Source: Atractiella rhizophila (lineage: Eukaryota). From it: a stretch of DNA of 51,726 bases. Position 1 is the first letter of the stretch. Every line of letters starts with the position of its first letter. Made by a program: the position numbers and the translations under genes. A model generated the notes under the pieces. The model ran no database searches. It saw nothing but the letters and a program-made list of their open reading frames with translations, and had not been told where the DNA came from. Positions 37,260 through 49,953 of this stretch are shown here, in pieces. Location: contig MU271264.1 in NCBI GenBank assembly GCA_021432655.1, positions 62,001-113,726 of the forward strand, written 5' to 3'.

Positions 37260-40200
37260 ATGTCTTCTCGATACCTCACCCCATTCGACGACAGAGATCC
37301 TCCTCCACATACACCAGACAACCCTACTAGACAATTTTCTCCTGCCCTATCAAATACGACCGAGTCTTTAATCCCTTCGTCTAACACCTCATCACCTCCA
37401 CACTCGTTTCGGGCAATCGATATGGAATCTTCGGCTGGGACGACGGGACTTATTATTGATGGAGTGCCTTCTATTCTAAGGGTGGGTTTTACCAGTTGGT
37501 GGGCGGCGATGAGAATGGGTCTCCAGGTCCGTATGGTTTACCGCTATGCATTGGACGAGCTGGTTGGGACAGAGGACTTTCGCCGTACTCAACCTTTGCG
37601 TAACACTTTCAGCAATTTGTCACAATGGGAGGACGCTATGGAATGTTGGGAAGCTGGGAACGCCAAGGCTGTGGCTATAGTCCTTGCGAATTTGGACCTC
37701 ACGGCTGCGAATCAGCTTTCTGAAGAAGAAAAGCATGTTGCTAGCTCCATCGTCGCAAGGATGCGGGCACTATACAGCACAACGCAGGCCGTTATGGGTC
37801 ACACGATTATAGCCAAATTGATCACATTTTATCAAAGTGGATCTGGATGCACGTCCTTGGCGCAGTTCATCACCAAATGGAACGCGATTTATGCGGAACT
37901 ACTCTCTGCAGACTCTGCTTACACTCTGTCCGATGCAGTCCGCTTCCTCCTCTTCGTTAACCTCCTTGAACCTGAATGGAGGAAGTTTGCACTCAATCCA
38001 AAGAATGTCACCAGGAATGATCTAAACGATCTTTTTCAGAAACTGAAAGCGGAAGATGTAACGAACACTGTTCTAGAGCATGGAGACCCTGCTATCCCCA
38101 TGCATTTTTAGAGAGACACAAGTGTATATGCTGTATTTCCTTCTCAGTCTCGATCTTTGTCAATGCCACCTTCCTCCCAGCCGATACGTTTTTCCCCATC
38201 CTCTGCTCGTCATTTTCCACCTGCGTCATCTGCAACACTGCGAAGCCAGACTCCCACATTGAGGCACCCATCTACACCTCCTTATCGACCCTCCTTGGCA
38301 ACTACTTCACTACCACGTATCCTCGTTTCTACCCCCCCAGTCGCTCCGATGTATAACCGACCTTGGTCGGTTCGGCCTCCTACTTTGCGACACTTTGGGA
38401 AGACGTATCATCTCGCAAGGCGAGTTTACGGTCATCCAGGGACCCGTGTATTTGGCCGCCGGGCGTGGGACTACGACGGGATTGACTCCTGGCCAGGATC
38501 TATCTCGCCGTCGGGTCATTTTATTGTACAGCCAAATCAATGTGTATACTGCCTTGGTATAGGACACATATCTTCCAGTTGCCGAGTACCAGTTATACAG
38601 CGAGAGAAAACCGGTGATGCTGCCTTCGAGGCGATGGGTATTACTCTTCAACCTAACTCCTCCGGTCGATCTCAATATGTCCACCCTTCGGTGTTGATTG
38701 CCAGCCCGGCTTTTGCATCTCCAAACGAACTCAATAGTGACGGCATTCCCCGCGCGGCCAACGACATTTTTAGCCCTGGACCTGATGGGCGGTACGATGG
38801 AAACCTTGATGGAAAGATCATCCACAATGGTGACCTGTCCTACTGGCCATCCTACGTCCAGGTTGCTTATGAACAACGACGCTGGCCTGTTCCTCTCCCG
38901 GCTCAGCATCCAGACCTTGACATCCACCCACTCTTTCTTCCACTATTCTCCCATGACAACCCAGTGCCTTCAAATGATCCTCATTTTCACACCCATGTAC
39001 AGTATGCCCCGAATGGCGACATGTCTTTTGACAGGGCATTGCAAGAAATTTCAGACCAGGAATACCTCAATTTTATGGAAGAACACGATACAACCCCGGG
39101 AAAGATCCTGCCCTCCACTTCTCCCTCTGCACTCCTTGCTTCTACTAATAATTCTCTTCTGCCTAGTTTAACAATTTCTACTCCATCCGTATATGATCAG
39201 CCGAAATTTTCTTCTAATTTGTCTTGGATTCGAAATTGCCTTCCTCTTACCATATCAAAATTTGTTCCTTTCAACCTTCCTCAAAATTTTCTTCGTTTTC
39301 TTGAATCCCCTGCTTCAATTGCTGAACGTTTCCTACCTGTTGACTATGCGGCGAATGTTGCTGCTCTCCATTCCACCACACTTTCCAACCTCGATTCGAC
39401 AACTCGATCAAACCCCTTTACGAGTTACGACGCCGTAATTCCTCCTCCGGCATTCTGCTTCCTCACACATGATCGACCGGATGTTCCTTCCGTGTCTGTG
39501 CTCTGCTACGTTGATTCTGCAGCAACAGTACATATGTCGGGCTCTACTGCGCTGTTCGACGATCTTCGACCCATCAACCCACCAGTCTTTGTGGGCGGAG
39601 CGTTTGGGAGTGGAGGATTTGCAACCCACGTTGGCAGGGTCTGTCCACTCCTTGAGGATCAAAGCGGAACATTGGTTTCCCAAGCAGATCTCGGCACAAG
39701 CCTCTACGTCCCTGGGCTTGGTGCCAAGTTGGTGTCCCATTTCGACCTCATGAGGCGTGGGATCCGGTTCACCAACGACCGCGAACACCTCTTCTTTCGT
39801 AGAGAAGATGGTCGACACTTCGGTATGGCGAAGTTTGGCCAATCACAAATAGAACTCCAGGCAAGTTCCCTCTCCCCAACCCAACCTACAGAAAACATAG
39901 CTCATCCAAGCCCGTCTGCTTTTGCAGTTACGTCTTCCAAAATGTGGCATTCACGATTAGGCCACATAGGCACTACATGCTGGCGGGAGCTATGTACGCG
40001 GAGGTGGGTTACGGGTTTTGATTGCAATCTACGTGCTTTTGAAACTTGTACTGTTTGTGCGGCCGGGAAATCGAAAACAAGACCGAATCGACGGACCACA
40101 AAGAAGTCTTTGTTCACCAAGGGTGAACGGATTGACTGTGATTTGTGGGGCCTTGCACCTATTCCTGCTTTGCAGAGTGGTTTCAGATATGGGCTTGGAA

Positions 40201-43041
40201 TCGTTGAGGAATCTACTGCCATGATATGGTGGATTCCTCTACGACTTAAGTCGGATGCTGCTGCGGCGTTGAGAGTGTGGATTATGGAGACAGAACGTCG
40301 TCACAATGTCAAGGTAAAAGTTTTGAGAAGCGATAATGGTGGGGAGTTTAAGTCTATGGTTTTCACAAGCTTCATTAAGAAATCGGGTATTGTTCATGAA
40401 ACATCCATTCCTTACGTCCACAATCAGATGGGTTTTATGGAGCGTCGCTGGTACACTATTTTCGATGTAGCACGCACTATTTTAATCTGGGTTACCTTTG
40501 TCATTTTGGGAAAAAGCTGTACAATTCGCTGTCTACACTTTAAACCGCCTACCTACATTTTCTCATGGTGTTTGGAAATGTCCTTTAGCACTTTGGTCAG
40601 GGGATGCACCTGATCTCTCTTCTCTTCACACATTTGGTTGTTTGGCTATTATTCACATTCCGAAGGAGCGGCAGATCTCCAAACTTCATCCGAGAGGGGC
40701 AAGGGGATATTTCGTGGGGTATTTGCCAGGTGCCAAGGGCTGGTTGTTCTGGGTACCGTCACAACGGAGATTCATCAAGGCGAAAGATGTAAAATGGTTT
40801 GAAGATGAATTTTATCGGGATCGCCCTCAAGAGGATATGGCTAGGTTGAGTGACTGGACTCTTGATGAATTCATGCCTTCAGATTTTCACAACCTCGCTG
40901 ACGAAGTACTGATCAACATCCCTGGCCCTGAAGAAATCATACCTCCCGTCGTACCTACGCTTTCGAATACACAGGATACACAAACGAATTCGGCAACACC
41001 GGTTATACCGACAGTTTCGACCACATTGCCAGCTCCCTCTGACCCTCTGCTGTTGGCACCTCCTGCACCTACTCCTCTGATCTCTGGCGATGGAGGTGGG
41101 GACGGATTACTGCATGGTGAAGCTGAGGAACAGCCTGCTCCGCCACGCACTAGGCAAGTCCCTAAGCGCCGTCCATATCACGTCCCTGCGCCATACCCTC
41201 CACATAACCAGCGCCCAAAACGGAATATTCCTCGGTTTGATTATACTGATCAGTTAAAAGGGAAACCTTCAGATAAACGACTAGACCAGCCACAGCACTC
41301 CGTGTTCTATTTCGATGCTAACTTTAGGTCTGCCACCCAAGACTTCATTCCTTCTTTAGCTAGCAGGAAAATGTCGTCCATGTTACGGTCCTCCCTACAG
41401 TCTTCGCTTACTGGTGACGGTGAGGATGTACGACGATGGCAGGTATTTACTGCCAACACAAAATGGACAGGCAGTCTTGATGAACCCACTTTCAGACAGG
41501 CGCTCACAGGTCCGGATGCTGAACATTGGTGGGCGGCCATCTTAGCTGAAATAAACGCACTGCAGTCGATGGGGACGTGGGATGCGGAGCCAGTACCTTT
41601 GCCTCCTGGCAAGAAAGCAGTAGGTTGTAAATGGGTATTGCTGATAAAAAGGGATCTAGATGGTAGTGTCATTAAATACAAGGCACAGTTGGTTGCTCGA
41701 GGTGATACGCAGACAGAGGGTGTTGATTTTGATGAAACATATGCTCCTACGGTGCGTATGGCTTCTGTCCGTGCGATTCTCTCCCTTGCTGCCTCGACCC
41801 GCATGAAGCTGGGACAGTTCGACGTGAGCAATGCCTTTCTCAATGGCGTTCTCAATGAGGAGGTCTATCTCCGCCAGCCACAGGGCTTTGTGGACCGTGA
41901 CCATCCGACTCATATGTACAGATTACGAAAAACTCTATACGGCCTCCGGCAAGCAGGCAAAGGTTGGAATGATGCTGCTCATACTTTCTTTATAGGCCAC
42001 GGTTTTACTCGGTTGGATGCAGACCATGGAGTGTACATCAAGAGTGGGTTAGAAGGTCTTACTATTGTTGCTATCCACGTCGACGATGGCCTGGTGGCTG
42101 CCTCTACACACGCGCTTATAGAACACCTATACACAGCCCTCCGGTCTCAGTTCAACATCACCACATCACCAGTAGGGAATTTTCTAAGGATGAGGATAAC
42201 GTGGGACGAGGATCAAAGTCGCATAACGCTGGACCAGGAAAGTTACATCCGTAAATGCATTGACAGATACTTACAGGACATGCACCCGGTTAAGACACCG
42301 TGTGAAGTCAATGAGAAGGTCTCCGATACCTGGTCTCCTCAAAATGAAGGCGATAGGGAGTATATGAAGAGGATTCCTTATCGTGAAGCAGTGGGAGCTC
42401 TGATTTATGCTGCAGTCAATACCCGCCCGGACATAGCATTTGCGGTTAACCGAGCTGCACGATACAATGCGAACCCTGGACGTTGACATTGGTCCATGGT
42501 ACAACGCATTTTTCGATATCTTCTGGGGACGATGGGGTTTAAGCTGATATGGGATGCTACAGGGAGCACCACATTAGACGGATTTTCTGACTCTGATCAT
42601 GCTGCTGACGTGGATACCAGACGCTCCATCTCTGGTGTTATCTTTCGATTAGGATGTTCGGCCATTTCATGGATCTTGAAGATGCAGCCTACTGTCGCCA
42701 TTTCCTCAACTGAAGCGGAGTACATCGCCCTGTCGACTGCAGCAAGGGAGGCGATTTGGCTACGAGCACTCCTCGCTCAACTGGGTTTTGCTCAACAAGG
42801 GATCACGCTAATCCGGGGTGATAACCAGGGGTCTCTTTTACTTGCGAGACACCCATCTAACCATAGCAGGACCAAGCACGTTGACGTGCACTATCACTTT
42901 ACACGCGAAAAGGTAGCGGATGGGGACATTGTTCTCAAATGGATCCCGACACAAGAAATGGTTGCCGATGTTCTTACCAAAGGTCTAGGACACCTGCAAC
43001 ACTCAAGACTGTGTTCTGAGATGGGCCTTCTCTCATTATGA
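37260..43041 (+). pseudogene. Copia gag-pol polyprotein (gag, Zn knuckle, protease, integrase, RT, RNase H)
   Basis: CVYCLGIGHISSSC, YVDSAAT, WHSRLGH..CTVCAAGK, DCDLWG/RSDNGGEF/ERR, IHVDDGLV, GFSDSDHA..ISSTEAEY..RTKHVDVHYH. In-frame stops at 38109 and 42484 and a frameshift near 40490. Confidence 0.93.
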
Positions 43042-43193
43042 TCGATTGGTCTGACTCAAATTTTTTTTTTCTTTCTCTCTCTCTTGACAGTTGTTTTCCC
43101 TTCATGTATTGGCCTAGTCTTTATTCTGCCTCGTAATTTTGCCAACATACATATCTTTTGTTTTTGTTCACACACGCCTTGAGTGAGGGGGGG

Positions 43194-43425
43194 TGTGAGA
43201 GAATGTACCATTCTCCCATTCTTTGCACTCTTCGGCGCGGTTACACGTTCATTTGTTTTTCATTCCTATGTCTGCCTACATTACAATATGTACATAGGGT
43301 TAGGTTTCTCCGTCCTGATTCCCCAGCGTTTTCTACCATCTCATACTCGCTGGGGATTAGGTACGTGTCATCATTGCATGTTGAGCGTTTTCCACCATCT
43401 CATACTCGCTGAGGATCAGCTCACA
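43194..43425 (+). repeat. Copia 3' LTR (232 bp)
   Basis: Contains two copies of agcgttttcYaccatctcatactcgctgRggat and is followed by the TSD gtgca. Confidence 0.95.
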
Positions 43426-44868
43426 GTGCAAGGTTTTGCCTCTGGGATATTTGCGAGAGCTATCGATGTTAGTCGTGATGTCGCCTGTGTTCCACTCTAA
43501 ACGGATCGGCGATGGGAGAAAATGTCCGTCGGCTTTCGCTGAGAGCAACTATGAGAATCTATCGGACGTCGACGAAGACTCTCCCGCGCATTCGATGCTG
43601 AGCGCCGCTTGGTTGTACTCCGAAGCGTTCAGCATGAATTTCGCACAAACGATGCTCGCGGCCGCCAGGTTGAATGCTCAAGCGGCGGCGGACGCTCTTA
43701 AGGCCGCCGAGTTACAAATGGAATTGTATAGAAGGAGGCAGGATGATTGTGCTGCGGAGGATAGGGCTAGCGAGGGTTCTGTGCTGGAAGGTGTGGTAGC
43801 CGATGTGACTGGTAGGGTAAGTCTATCCGTTTTCGGCGATCTGTCTGACTATCTAGATGTTGTTTAGGCATCGTAGGCCTAACCCATCGCCAGCTGTACA
43901 AAAGTCGTCGCATTGGCGAAATTGAGTTCCGACTCGGCGACTTAAAACCTTCGTTGGCTCAGGAGGCCGATGACAATTCGAATTATGATGTGTATTCTGT
44001 TTCTGTTTCGAGTAGTAGCGATAGTGAGGAATCCGTCCGGAGCGATGATTTTGAACTTTGAAATGTATGTTTTGTGTCTCCGTATTAGCGGCGAATTGCC
44101 AGGCGGCGACAAGTGTAAATCGTGTCATGGTGGCATAAGGTATTGTGGTGAATGGGGAGAACAATGGCAAAGTGGGTGATGCAGGACTCACACTCCCCTG
44201 TCTAGGGGAGGACCCTCAGGCGTTCCTCCCACTAGCTATCCAAGCTTATTATGGAGCTCGCAACCAAATAGGCCTGGGCCACACGCTCGTGGACACAATG
44301 CGCAGTATAATGTGTCGCCAGTTTGCGTGCTTGTTGCCGGTTCGTCTTCTTTGTGGGATAGTGTGTTGTCGAGCGAACAAAGATGGGAAAACCAAAGGAT
44401 AAAAAGCAAAAATTAGAACATCATAAACATCAAAACCAAAACAGGGCGTGAGATGAAAAGGAGCGTTGTGTACCTCGCAATTGAGGGATTTTCGGGATTT
44501 GACCGGTGTTGTTTTGGTGCAATAAGCAACCGTTTTGTGAAAATGGGGCGAGTAACTCACCGACAAACCGGTCGCCGATCTGTCCGTTGAGGAACAGACC
44601 GGCGCCTCGCTTAGACCTATGCTCAACAATGTGACTAGGGATTCACCCAGCGAGGCGTGTAGAGGAGTAGGCCCCCTTAATGTGAGGGGGAGGGGACCTC
44701 ACAATTGAGGACAATTTTCGTAAATGCGACATTGGTGATGGCGCGAGAACGCAATGAGCATTCGTCTTTGACAGGCGACGAATGGACTCACCACCGACTA
44801 AGTTGCCTTGACCTAAGTATCAAAGACTAGGATTTCACCCACCAAGGCATATAGGGATGTTGGACCCC

Positions 44869-47800
44869 TTAAAGTGAGGAAGACCCCTGAGCACGTTTTC
44901 GTCGAGGGTTACGAGAACGTGTATTTGGGCGATTTTTTGCGGAGTTCGGCATGGAGCCTGGACTATCTGCAAGGGGGTGTGTATTGTGATAGTCTTTTAT
45001 GGCATCTTGGGAATTCTCCTGATCTACAATGCTGATCCATTCATCCTCAGATGGTGAATACCCTTTATATCGAACACGATATTTGAAAACTCTATTTCGG
45101 GTGCCGAACCATTTTCCATCAACAATTTTTTCCACTTCCCATTCTTCAATCCCACTCACCAATTCCGGAGGTGGTTTGGGTAACTGGACTCTGCCAGGGA
45201 TGTCGTCTTCATTGACTTTTCATATTAGGCTCACATGGAATACTGGATGTATCTTCCATGAGGATGGCAATTCGAGTTTGAGGTTGAGGGGACCCAAAAC
45301 TTGCAGAACACGAAAGGGGCCGTGCCATTTGTCATCCAACTTTTTGACAGGTCTCGTCGATTTGATGTCTCCCGTGCTCAACCAGACGAAATCACCGACG
45401 TGATATTCAGGCGCCAGTTCGCATTTTCTGTCATAATGTTTTGCCATGAGATCTGCTGCTTGCTCAAGTGCCGCTTGTGCTTCCTGGTCGGCGATTTGCA
45501 TCTTTTCAACAATTGCGCCACTGCAGGAACATCTTCATTGGAGATGGGTTCAAAGGCCATGCGGGGATGTTGACTGCAATCGAGCGAAAATGGAGTTACG
45601 CCTGTCGCTGAACTGACGTGATTGTTGAGCGCAAATTCTGCGTTGGGAAGTCCTTCCACCCAATTATCCTGAAGGTGATTGCAGAAAATACGCAAATATT
45701 GTTCAACCTCTTAGTTCATACGTTCAGTCTGACTGACCATCACTTTGTGGGTGATAGGCTGTCAATGGTGAACCTTTGATACCTAATAGGCGAAAAAGCG
45801 CCGATGTGAATTTGGACACAAACTCTTTGCCTCGATCAAAAATTGCGACATCGAAAAAGTCCATGTAGCTTCCATACGTGATCGCGAAAAAGTCTTGCAA
45901 GGCCTTCTGCATCCATCGTCGAATGGGTGGGGATGAGATGAGTGTGTTTTGAGAGTCTGTCCATGACGAAAATCGTGTCAAACCCCCTAGATTCTGGGAG
46001 CGGTCCAACCAAGTCCATGCTGACAATTTGCCATCGACGCATGGGAATGTCATTTGGTTGCAAAAACCCGACAGGTGGGGAAGGAAAATTTTTCGTTCTG
46101 TGGCAAGTGTGACAGGCGCCGACATAGCGGCGAACATAATGTGTCAAACCTGGCCACCAGTAGTACCTTTTTACGAGAGCTGTCGTCGATTTTACGCCTG
46201 GATGACCAGCGATTTGCGAATCATGCAGGTCTTGCAAATCGAGCGGCGAATTTCGTCATCGCGGGAATATAGAGTTTTGGGCGAAAATAGACTGCACCAG
46301 CGACTTCTTGCCACTCCCATCGGCGAATTGCGTCGACTGGTTCGTCTAGGATCTCTCTCAAGGCCTTGACTACTTGTTCTTCCCGTTCAGGTTTACCTCC
46401 ACTACAGACGCGTCGCCCATCGGCGACTGTGCATAGTGTTTGCCCTAACAGTTGTCTCCATTCTTGCAGTCTACACATAATCGCGAGCATTTCTTTGTCG
46501 TAGGTGTCATAGTTCCTCTGGGCAGCGTCCAGCGATTTTGACACGAAACCGAGAGGATGAAACTTCCCATCAGGCTTCATGTGCGACAAAACGGCACCTG
46601 TGGCGAAATTTGACGTGTCGACTTCGAGCAAGAACCGTCCTATTTGTTCGGGATGCGCCAAAACGGGCGCCGAAGTCATGAGCTGTTTCAAAGCGGCTAA
46701 CGAACATGGCTGATCTACCCCCCAGACCAAGGAACCTCCATTTTCGTCAGTTCATATAAAGGTCGTGCAATGTGACTGAATCTGTCGCAAAAGCGGCAAT
46801 AGAAATTAGCGAAACCAAGGAACATTTGGACTTGCTTCATGTTTTTTGGTTCCGGCCAATCCATCACTCCTGCAACTTTTACTGGATCTGGTTCGATCCC
46901 TCTGCTGGAAATGATCAAGCCTAGATACTCCACCTCTTCTTGACACCAAACGCATTTCTGCAAATTTACGTAAAGCCCATTTTGGCGCAAAATTTAACAA
47001 ACTTGTCGAACACGTTCCCAATGTTCTTCTTCAGTCTCTGTCGCAATGAGGATATCATCAATGTACATGAAGATGAACGCAGCGGCTATCATCACGCGAA
47101 AAATAGAGTTCAGGAAAGCCTGAAAAGTCGCCGGTGAGTTGCAGAGACCGAAATACATCGCCAATGGTTCGAAAAGTCCGCGATTTGTGCGAAATGTCAC
47201 TTTGTGCTCGTCTCCTTTGATGCGAACATTGTTGAAACCCTTTCTCAGGTCAATCTTGCTAAAAAATATCTTACCAGAGACCATGGAGAAAAGGTCGGCT
47301 TGGATAGGGAGTGGAGTTTTGTCCTTGATTGTGGCTTCATTCAGCTTGTGATAGTCGAAAAGGGGACGAAGTTCCGGTGAGTCCTTTTTGTGTGTAAAAA
47401 AGACGGAAGCATCATGTTCACCTGTGCATGGATGTATACGACCGGTGTTCAGTTCAGCGTCAATGAATTGGTTGAGCGCCGCTTGTTCGTCTCTTTTCAA
47501 GGGGTAGACGGGACCAGCATATGGTTGAGCTTCTGGTGTGAGGTTGATAGGACACATCAACCGCGTTGCAACTGGTGGGGCAACAAGAGAACTCAACTTT
47601 CCCTGATGCCCAGTTAATCTCTAGGTTGTGTTGTCTTAGCCAGTCATGACCCAGAATCATGTCAACTGTCCCCAACTCCGCCACAGCGAATTGCCAAACT
47701 TCGTGATGGGTGGCGATCGAAATGGGTAAATAAGCGACAGAATGGATGGAACCCCCCTGATTGAGGGATCCGTCGATATTGTAAACGGGCACTGGGGAAG

Positions 47801-47975
47801 GGAGTTGAGTGGCGGGTAGGTTGCATTCGGAAATGAGTTTTGGAGAAATAAAGGAAGTGGTTGCCCCACTGCCGACGAGCGCACCGATGTGGCGTGTCAG
47901 CGATGGGAATGTGGGTGATGGAAAGCGGTTCTGAGGTTCGTTTTCGAACTGACTAGGGATGCAGTAATCAAACAT
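44869..47975 (-). pseudogene. Gypsy pol: protease, RT, RNase H, integrase, chromodomain (multiple frameshifts and deletions)
   Basis: ALVGSGAT (catalytic D>G), ILGHDWL, KIDLRKGFNNVRI, YIDDILI, VDTSNFATGAVL, HDSQIAGHPG..CHTC, AYHPQSDGQ, KWHGPF, HPVFHVSL, chromodomain EEWEVEKIVD..YRVRYKGYSPSEDEW. Confidence 0.93.
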
Positions 47976-47997
47976 AAGTGCACTTTGTCGTACATTT

Positions 47998-49453
47998 TTA
48001 CGACATCAGCGCAGCTTTGTCTCCAAGATGGAAAACGAATTTTGGAAATGGGGAGTCATGTTCGGGAGAAGGGAAATCTGCGCAAAGCGGCACTTTGTTA
48101 GACGTGATTAAAATGAATTGCAAGTCAGAGACAGGGACACTCCTTTCGCCCATCGCCGTCTCAAAATCCTCCTCCAGATCTGATGATTGAGCGACGCTCG
48201 TTTTCGGCAACTGGTCGGCGATTTGCGCAGATTGTCGTTCATGTTCTAAGAGACGAGTATCGAAATATTCTCCTTGTGTACGAAGGTATTGCTCTTTGCT
48301 CATGGACATCTTGCATTCCTTCTCTCTGTGTCCGATCTTTTGGCATCTTCGACAACGAGGCGGTCTGAACTTCGCTGCGTCCACCTCCATATCGTCCGGG
48401 TCTTTAGCTTTGTGAGGTTGCGAAGCGGCGATGGGCGACAAAGCGGCGCTCGGTGGGTACTGAGGGGGTCCGTTGTTGTCCTTCTGTTTCGTCGATTTTG
48501 AGTGATCTTTCTTTGCTGAATGTGTATTTTGGGTTCCACTCGTCGCCGATGAGATGCCCCGAAAGAAGCTGGAATGCGCAAATTCTTCTGCGTCGATTCG
48601 CCACATTTTTTCCTTCCACTCTTCAAGGGACTTGGGGAAATCACCTTGTGTCACTTTAAGGTGCACGGCAGGATTGAGGCCCCGTTTGAAGAAAAATGTC
48701 AGCGCCTCATCATCAAAGTCTGTCTGATTTGCCAACTCCTCAAACTTGATGATGTAGGACTCTAGGTTGCCCTTCTGTTGCAGGGAAGACAGTTTCGTTT
48801 GCGCAATAAGTTTGTGGTCAGTTTTGCAAAAACGCGATCTGAACTCTGACAGAAATTGCTCCCACGAAATCTGTTCCTCATTTTTGACAAGTCGGCACAG
48901 TATCCCAGCGGTGAATTTTTCAGCGTCTCCTTCTTTCATATACGATAGAGTAAATAAGATTTTCGACTTTTCTGAAGGGAACTGTCCTGGGATGGCAGAT
49001 GTGTAGACGTAAATTTCGCGAAGAAAGGTCGGCGCCGAGCTAGGCACTCCTTTGAAGATAGAGGGTGTGGCAAGTCTGATTCCTGCATAAGGCGAAACTT
49101 GTGCACTTTGAGGTATAGAGGGAGGAGAGTAAGTTTGGGGTATTGGGTCTGTTCGCGATAAAAAGGGGGAGGTGGTTCCACTGTCTCTAGGAGGAGGCAG
49201 TCTGGAGTCCAATAATTGTAAAATTCGGTCGTTTGTGTTCTGGACGTCGGACCTCAGTTGGGCAATTTCGTGCACATTTTGGGAGGTTTGTGCGTTTTGT
49301 TGGTTGAAACTTGCTATGAGGTCTTGTTCGATTTTTTTGAACTGCTTTTCAGTTGTGAGGTGTAGAGTTTGGAACATCCTTTCTAAGTGATGGATGCATT
49401 TTTTCGCTCGTCGGCGATTCACGCCTTTCCATATCTCCCTAAACCTCCGACAT
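47998..49453 (-). pseudogene. Gypsy gag (retrotransposon gag domain + CCHC zinc knuckle)
   Basis: PSIFKG..FLREI..KILFTLSYMKEGDA..WEQFLSEF..Q..YIIKFEELA..FFKRGLN, DDMEVDA, CRRCQKIGHREKEC. The likely ATG at 49453 is out of frame with the long ORF. Confidence 0.9.
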
Positions 49454-49493
49454 TTTTTAAGTTTGGTTTTGAAAATGATGGAAAGTATTCTTC

Positions 49494-49953
49494 TGTTAGG
49501 GCTGACACTATGTGTGGTCGCCGATGAGCGATGCGTCCGTAGTGGAGATAAACCTAAGTGCATGATATGACATGAAGACTAACCTGTAGTGGACATAAAC
49601 CTAAGAGAATACTCTAAGGTCACCTCTACTACTCTCTGATCTATATATACGAGCGGAATAACACTGCCACAGAGCGTAGAGGAGAACAGATGAAACATGT
49701 AAGAGAACTAAAAGGGGAAGTGACAGTGGGATTATGCGGAGTTAATAAGAGGAGGATAGGCACAATTGGGCTAAGTGGTGGTGTAGGTGCAAATGGGCGA
49801 ACGGGCGAACAGGCGCGGATGTGCACTGTGTGTAAATAGGCGACGGGAGACGCAGAGTGGCGAAAGGGCGCCGATTCACAGGGAACACAAATGGGCGATA
49901 GTAGACGCAATCCGGCGAACGGGCGCCGATTTGCGTAAGATGCAAACCTGACA
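49494..49953 (-). repeat. Gypsy 5' LTR (460 bp)
   Basis: tgttagggctgac...gcaaacctgaca, TATATATA at 49642-49649, followed by the TSD ctgga. Lies immediately upstream of gag on the minus strand. Confidence 0.9.

Larger units (their letters stand above)
36974..43425 (+). mobile_element. Ty1/Copia LTR retrotransposon, full length, lightly degenerate
   Basis: LTRs at 36974-37146 and 43194-43425 (TG..CA), TSD GTGCA on both sides, PBS TAGTAGCG (variant of the iMet-type TGGTAGCG) at 37147, and PPT GAGTGAGGGGGGG just before 43194. Confidence 0.96.
35901..43876 (+). pseudogene. Antisense spliced accessory gene of the Gypsy element (coiled-coil plus Zn-cluster-like Cys motif), disrupted by the Copia insertion and one stop
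   Basis: Exons 35901-36083, 36148-36973 + 43431-43816, and 43868-43876, with introns GTGAGA..AAG and GTAAGT..CTGAC..TAG. The frame is continuous across the Copia TSD (..CSRCHSSRKRC|KVLPLGY..). One internal TGA at 36808. Confidence 0.72.
35264..49953 (-). mobile_element. Ty3/Gypsy chromovirus LTR retrotransposon (defective, chimeric LTRs, contains a nested Copia)
   Basis: TG...CA termini, 5-bp TSD CTGGA at 35259-35263 and 49954-49958, gag-PR-RT-RH-IN-chromodomain order, and a PPT-like GGGGGTGT (minus strand) next to the left LTR at 35777-35784. Confidence 0.9.

Noticed and set aside
38109..38111. Programmed stop-codon readthrough in Copia gag-pol
   Set aside because: The TAG lies upstream of the gag zinc knuckle and the element has other lesions, so a point mutation is more parsimonious.
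38310..41855. Antisense ORFs within Copia pol (38310-38927, 39408-39842, 41307-41855)
   Set aside because: Shadow ORFs opposite a coding frame, with no independent splice or motif evidence.
49554..49583. Intron inside the Gypsy LTR (GTTAGT..CTTAG on the minus strand)
   Set aside because: Only 30 nt, shorter than the introns seen here. Better explained as part of the LTR internal direct repeat.
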